Of a DNA stretch of 64,000 nt, positions 60,109 to 64,000 are shown piece by piece (position 1 is the first letter of the stretch; the number at the start of each line of letters is the position of its first letter). The notes under the pieces are model-generated. The model was not told where the DNA came from. It worked only from the letters and a program-made list of their open reading frames with translations, and searched no databases. This DNA is from Utricularia gibba (taxonomy: Eukaryota; Plantae; Magnoliophyta), in contig NEEC01000019.1 in NCBI GenBank assembly GCA_002189035.1, forward strand, positions 1,736,001-1,800,000, read 5' to 3'. Both the position numbers and the translations under genes were made by a program.

Positions 60109-61495
60109 ATGGCTGTGGTGAGCTTCGCCTTCTCGCCTCTGCGTCGCCTCCTCCTCCTCCTCTGGGTCTCAGGTGAGCCCCCCGCCTGCATCTCTCGCTT
60201 TTTCTTTCTTGCACTCACGTTGTCTTTGCAATGCAGCTTCCTTCTTCACGCCGGCGCTTCTCCTTGGAATCAATTACGGCCAAATTGCTGATAACCTCCC
60301 CCACCCAGACGCTGTTGTTCCCCTTGTGGATTCCATGGGCGCCACCGGCGTGAAGCTCTATGACGCTGATCCGCGTGTTCTGAAAGCCTTCGCCGGCACC
60401 GGCGTCCAGTTCATCGTCAGTGTTGCGAACGAAAATTTGCCCCTATTCCGGGATCCCAAACAGGCCTTCGCTTGGGTGAAATCCAATGTCTACTCTCACC
60501 TCCCTTCGACCAACATTACCTGCATTGCCGTCGGCAATGAGGTCCTCACTCTGAACAATTCTCTCTTATCCGCCAGTCTCCTCCCCGCCATGGAAACTGT
60601 TCATTCCGCTCTTGTGTCCCTCAACCTTGACAAGCAAGTCATGGTCACAACTGCCCACAATTTGGCCATTCTCGATGTTTCGTACCCCCATCCGCTGGCA
60701 CATTCCGCCGCGATCTGACACAGAAACTTTCCTGTTTACTGGAGTTTCACCGGAAAGTGGGTTCTCCGTTTCTCATTAATGCCTACCCTTACTTCGCATA
60801 CAAAGCTAATCCCAAGCAAGTTTCCCTTGATTTTGCCCTGTTCGAGCCTGGCCCAGGGATGATTGACCCTGTTTCTGGGCTTCACTACGACAATATGTTC
60901 CACGCCCAGATCGACGCGGCGCATTCAGCCATAGAGAAGCTCGGGTACAAGAACGTGTGTTTGCAGATCTCAGAAACAGGGTGGCCGTCCAAAGGGGATG
61001 CCGATGAAGCTGGGGCATCGCCGGAGAATGCCAGAAAGTACAACGGGAACCTGATCAAACTGATCGCGGAGAAGAAAGGGACACCTATGCGGCCTAAATC
61101 AGATTTGAATGTCTATGTTTTTGCTCTGTTCAATGAGAACCAGAAGCCAGGACCAACTTCAGAGAGAAATTTCGGACTTTTCAAGCCAGACGGAACGCCT
61201 GTGTACAATCTGGGCTTCAACATCACAAGCTTGATGGCCACCAACTCCACCTCCACGCCTTCTCCGCCTCCAGTAGTTACCGACTCTTCATCTTCTTCAA
61301 ATGGGTACCTCTCAATCACAGACGATGCTGTGAGTCCCCTCGGTTGCTTCTCTTTTCCCTTAATCTCTTTAGAAAAAAAAACCTTAGATCAAAATGGGTT
61401 TTCAGGTACGGGGTGCGGACTCCGACCGGAGGAGGATAGTCTACTCGCTGTGTTGCCTGATGATCTCCGTCGCGGTGGCTCTCCGGCGGTTCTGA
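60109..61495 (+). CDS. Glucan endo-1,3-beta-glucosidase (GH17), probably GPI-anchored; introns 60173-60236 and ~61330-61405; one -1 frameshift at C5 60685-60689
   Basis: LGINYGQIADNLP, VKLYDADP, IAVGNE, SPFLINAYPYFAY, ISETGWPSKGD, YVFALFNENQKPGPTSERNFGLF; Ser/Pro/Thr linker and hydrophobic terminal exon. Confidence 0.9.
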
Positions 61496-63180
61496 AATCA
61501 AACTTGGGGAAAAGGTGGATTCCAATGTCCCAACACTCTTTTTCCCTTTTCTTTTTCATCTCTAGGGAATCACCCAAACAAAAGTGAAGTTCAAATTCCG
61601 GAAGGAGACGCTGTTCTTTCTTTTTTCTGCTGGCAGGTGTGAAGTTGTCTTTTCGCTCGGCTGAAGCAAACCCATGTGCCTGAGGGCGGTGCCGGTTTGT
61701 ATCCTGTTAAAATCACTGCAGATCTGAATCAGTGAAAACAGAGACAGATAGACCATTCATATGTGTTATCACGAAAATGCCTAATGTTCTGTTATGTACC
61801 AAATGTTGACCTGTACACATATTCTCTCCTTAAAAAATGAAGTAGATTTGGCTAGGCAGCTACAACATGTTGGCAACACTACCTGAAACCGATGCCGATC
61901 CACCAAATAGTTAATGAGTAGCCTCAGAACCTATCAAGCAGCCACTTCAGACTGCTGATGTTCCATAGTCGTCTTCCTCCTCACTAGATAGATCATCTTG
62001 GTTGGATCTTTCAGCCACTCCTGTGAAGAAGCAATAGCCACTATTTCTTCAGAGAATGGCTTCTAAGTCCATCTGTGGTGTCATAAACTGCAGTCCCTTC
62101 GTTCCTGTGCATCTTTCAGCCGAGTATCCATAAAAAAAGTCTACGCAGTAGAGGTTTTTGTTCAGAACCTCAGACAGCTTTATGTTGAGGTCACAGCTGT
62201 GAACAGAAGAGACCCCCACCGAAAAGAGACCCCTACCATCACTGCTGCTCATAGAGCCCAAGATCAGCCATGCCAGGCGCAAAGGGAGGTGAAAGAAACC
62301 ATTTTTCGTGAATTTGTGAGTGGATGCAGTGGGGGGCAGCTTGGGATCGGAGGTGAGACTACGTATCCTTTTTTAGGACATCGAATCTAGATAACAGAAC
62401 AGGTTACACTTTTATTTTTCAGAAGATTGAATATTATAATAACAACTTCATTCAAGTGAGAAAGCTCTCCCACAAAAGAATTCTGGGAAGAATCATTCGG
62501 AACCTGATATTAATTTATTGTCCAATTTCAATCACCTCGATGGATCTGAGACAGCAGCAAGTGGAGTAAGAAGTGTACTAAAATTCAAGAATCTAAGACT
62601 CTAGCTTTAAAGAACTCTATCAACTATTTTTCCTTGGATAGAGCACATGAATGCATTTTGCATTAAAATAGTACATTATCCATCAAATCACAAGTAAATT
62701 ACAATTCAACTATGAAGAAAGGGATTAAAAGGCACCTTACATATCAGCATATCAAAGCAGTGAATGAATATTCACTAACAGTAAATGTTGGGGTAACAGT
62801 AGAAGATCAGTCAATCCCAATAATGTAACAAAAAAATTCAACTCTCTCAGAGATGCCAATATGAACAAGCTAACATTTAAACTTCTGTACAGATACAGAG
62901 TTTCAAACCCATGAACACCATTCTAATAAAATGCATGACAGCAGCATAATCACACTATAGCGCATGGAATCCAAAAAACTTCAGCAGAAAAACCTCTTCG
63001 CCGATCATGAGCAAGTATGAGTGAAGCCCTCAATCGTGCTGGCAACAAATACACTTCTATCTATACTTCCACGGATCCATGAATTTTCTATCTAACAATT
63101 AATCGATCCTAACTACAAATTAAGTAATAAAATAATAATAAAAAGAGGTCAATTTTATGGTAATGGATTTCAAAAAATAT

Positions 63181-63422
63181 TTAATGAATGTTCTGAAAAT
63201 TTTTTAAAACTTATTTCTATTTTTCAAAATTAAAAATAGTTTTGTTTTAGAACATTTTTAATTATAAAAATAATTCTATTAAAAACAATTTTAAAATTAT
63301 AATTTCAAAAATTATTTTTGAAAAAATAAGAAATTGGTTACTTTTATTTTTTACTTCTATTTTTCAAAATTATTTTTGAAAAGTAAAAACAAATTTAAAA
63401 AAATTTTCAGAACATTATTTTA
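63181..63422. mobile_element. ~240-bp MITE (family copy 3 of 3, best preserved)
   Basis: 19-bp perfect inverted repeat AATGTTCTGAAAATTTTTT (63187) / AAAAAATTTTCAGAACATT (ends 63416). Confidence 0.65.
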
Positions 63423-63781
63423 GTTTTATGTGAATACTTGAGATGAAGATAATAAAAGTGACGAAGGATGATACTATAATGTTGATTATCTTATGTTGAT
63501 GAACTATTTCTATTTATGTAATATTATTTTTATCGTAATTATTTGATTGTTGATTTGTTATAATTGATTGTATTTGCTAAATTAATTATAATTATATTTT
63601 ACTATAATTCTTTCTTTTGCTCACATTTAAATCATTCATCCAATATTTATTATTTTCAACAAATGCAATTTATTATTATAATTATAAGGTTTCTTTTTTG
63701 GTCATTTTAGTTATGAGGATCGTTTTTCAGATGCTTTTATTAAAAATGCAAAGGAGCATTCTTGGATTGCTTGGTGTGTCC

Positions 63782-64000
63782 TCAAGAACAGATTGGGCAG
63801 CGAACCAATCCGTTCTCGTTACAGTCGCTGCATCTGATGACTAGGCTACAGCGCCTCTGTTTCAGGGGCGCCGGTTTGATGATCTTGCAGCTCCCGTCAC
63901 AAGTGGAACAGGGCAAGAATCTAGCACCTCCGCATCCTCGACAGACATAGCCGCCGGTCATCTTGGGGAGCCCCTGAAGCAGCTCCGCTAGGGATCCGCG
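63782..64000 (-). CDS. 3' end of a glutaredoxin-like protein with Cys-rich C-terminus (partial, runs off the window)
   Basis: GSLAELLQGLP...CRGCGGARFLPCSTCDGSCK...RCSDCNENGLVRCPICS*; not in the ORF track because the start lies outside the window. Confidence 0.85.
   Translation of the reverse strand, partial: RGSLAELLQGLPKMTGGYVCRGCGGARFLPCSTCDGSCKIIKPAPLKQRRCSLVIRCSDCNENGLVRCPICS

Noticed and set aside
1949-61495. Calling FLA, DELLA, CSLD4 and GH17 pseudogenes, or invoking programmed frameshifting
   Set aside because: Each has one -1 indel in a homopolymer and otherwise intact motifs; sequencing error is the simpler explanation

Overview
Compact, gene-dense eudicot nuclear window with AT-rich spacers and many 64-85 nt introns. 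The species cannot be determined from the sequence. Gene order: MIR319 precursor, fasciclin-like AGP, small DnaJ, PIN3-type auxin carrier, a solo small orphan gene, CLE16/17-like peptide, CAR C2-domain protein, a divergent DELLA, a bromodomain (GTE-like) relic, GPR107/lung-7TM protein, a ~12.5 kb tandem array, CSLD4, BIG BROTHER-related RING E3, DUF3067 protein, WAT1/UMAMIT transporter, a ~6 kb Mutator element with a perfect 10-bp TSD, GH17 beta-1,3-glucanase and the 3' end of a glutaredoxin-like gene. The most notable feature is a family of intronless genes of about 80-140 aa: one copy at 16.0-16.3 kb and about 11 copies or relics at 29.8-42.1 kb. They look like stand-alone, highly diverged alpha-crystallin/HSP20-like domains. 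They were amplified together with the 3' end of CSLD4, carry variable 10-aa C-terminal repeats, and in one pair the coding DNA is more diverged than the flanking non-coding DNA. Four ordinary genes (FLA, DELLA, CSLD4, GH17) each have one -1 frameshift in a homopolymer run, most likely consensus errors. All family assignments come from motif recognition by eye; no searches were run.
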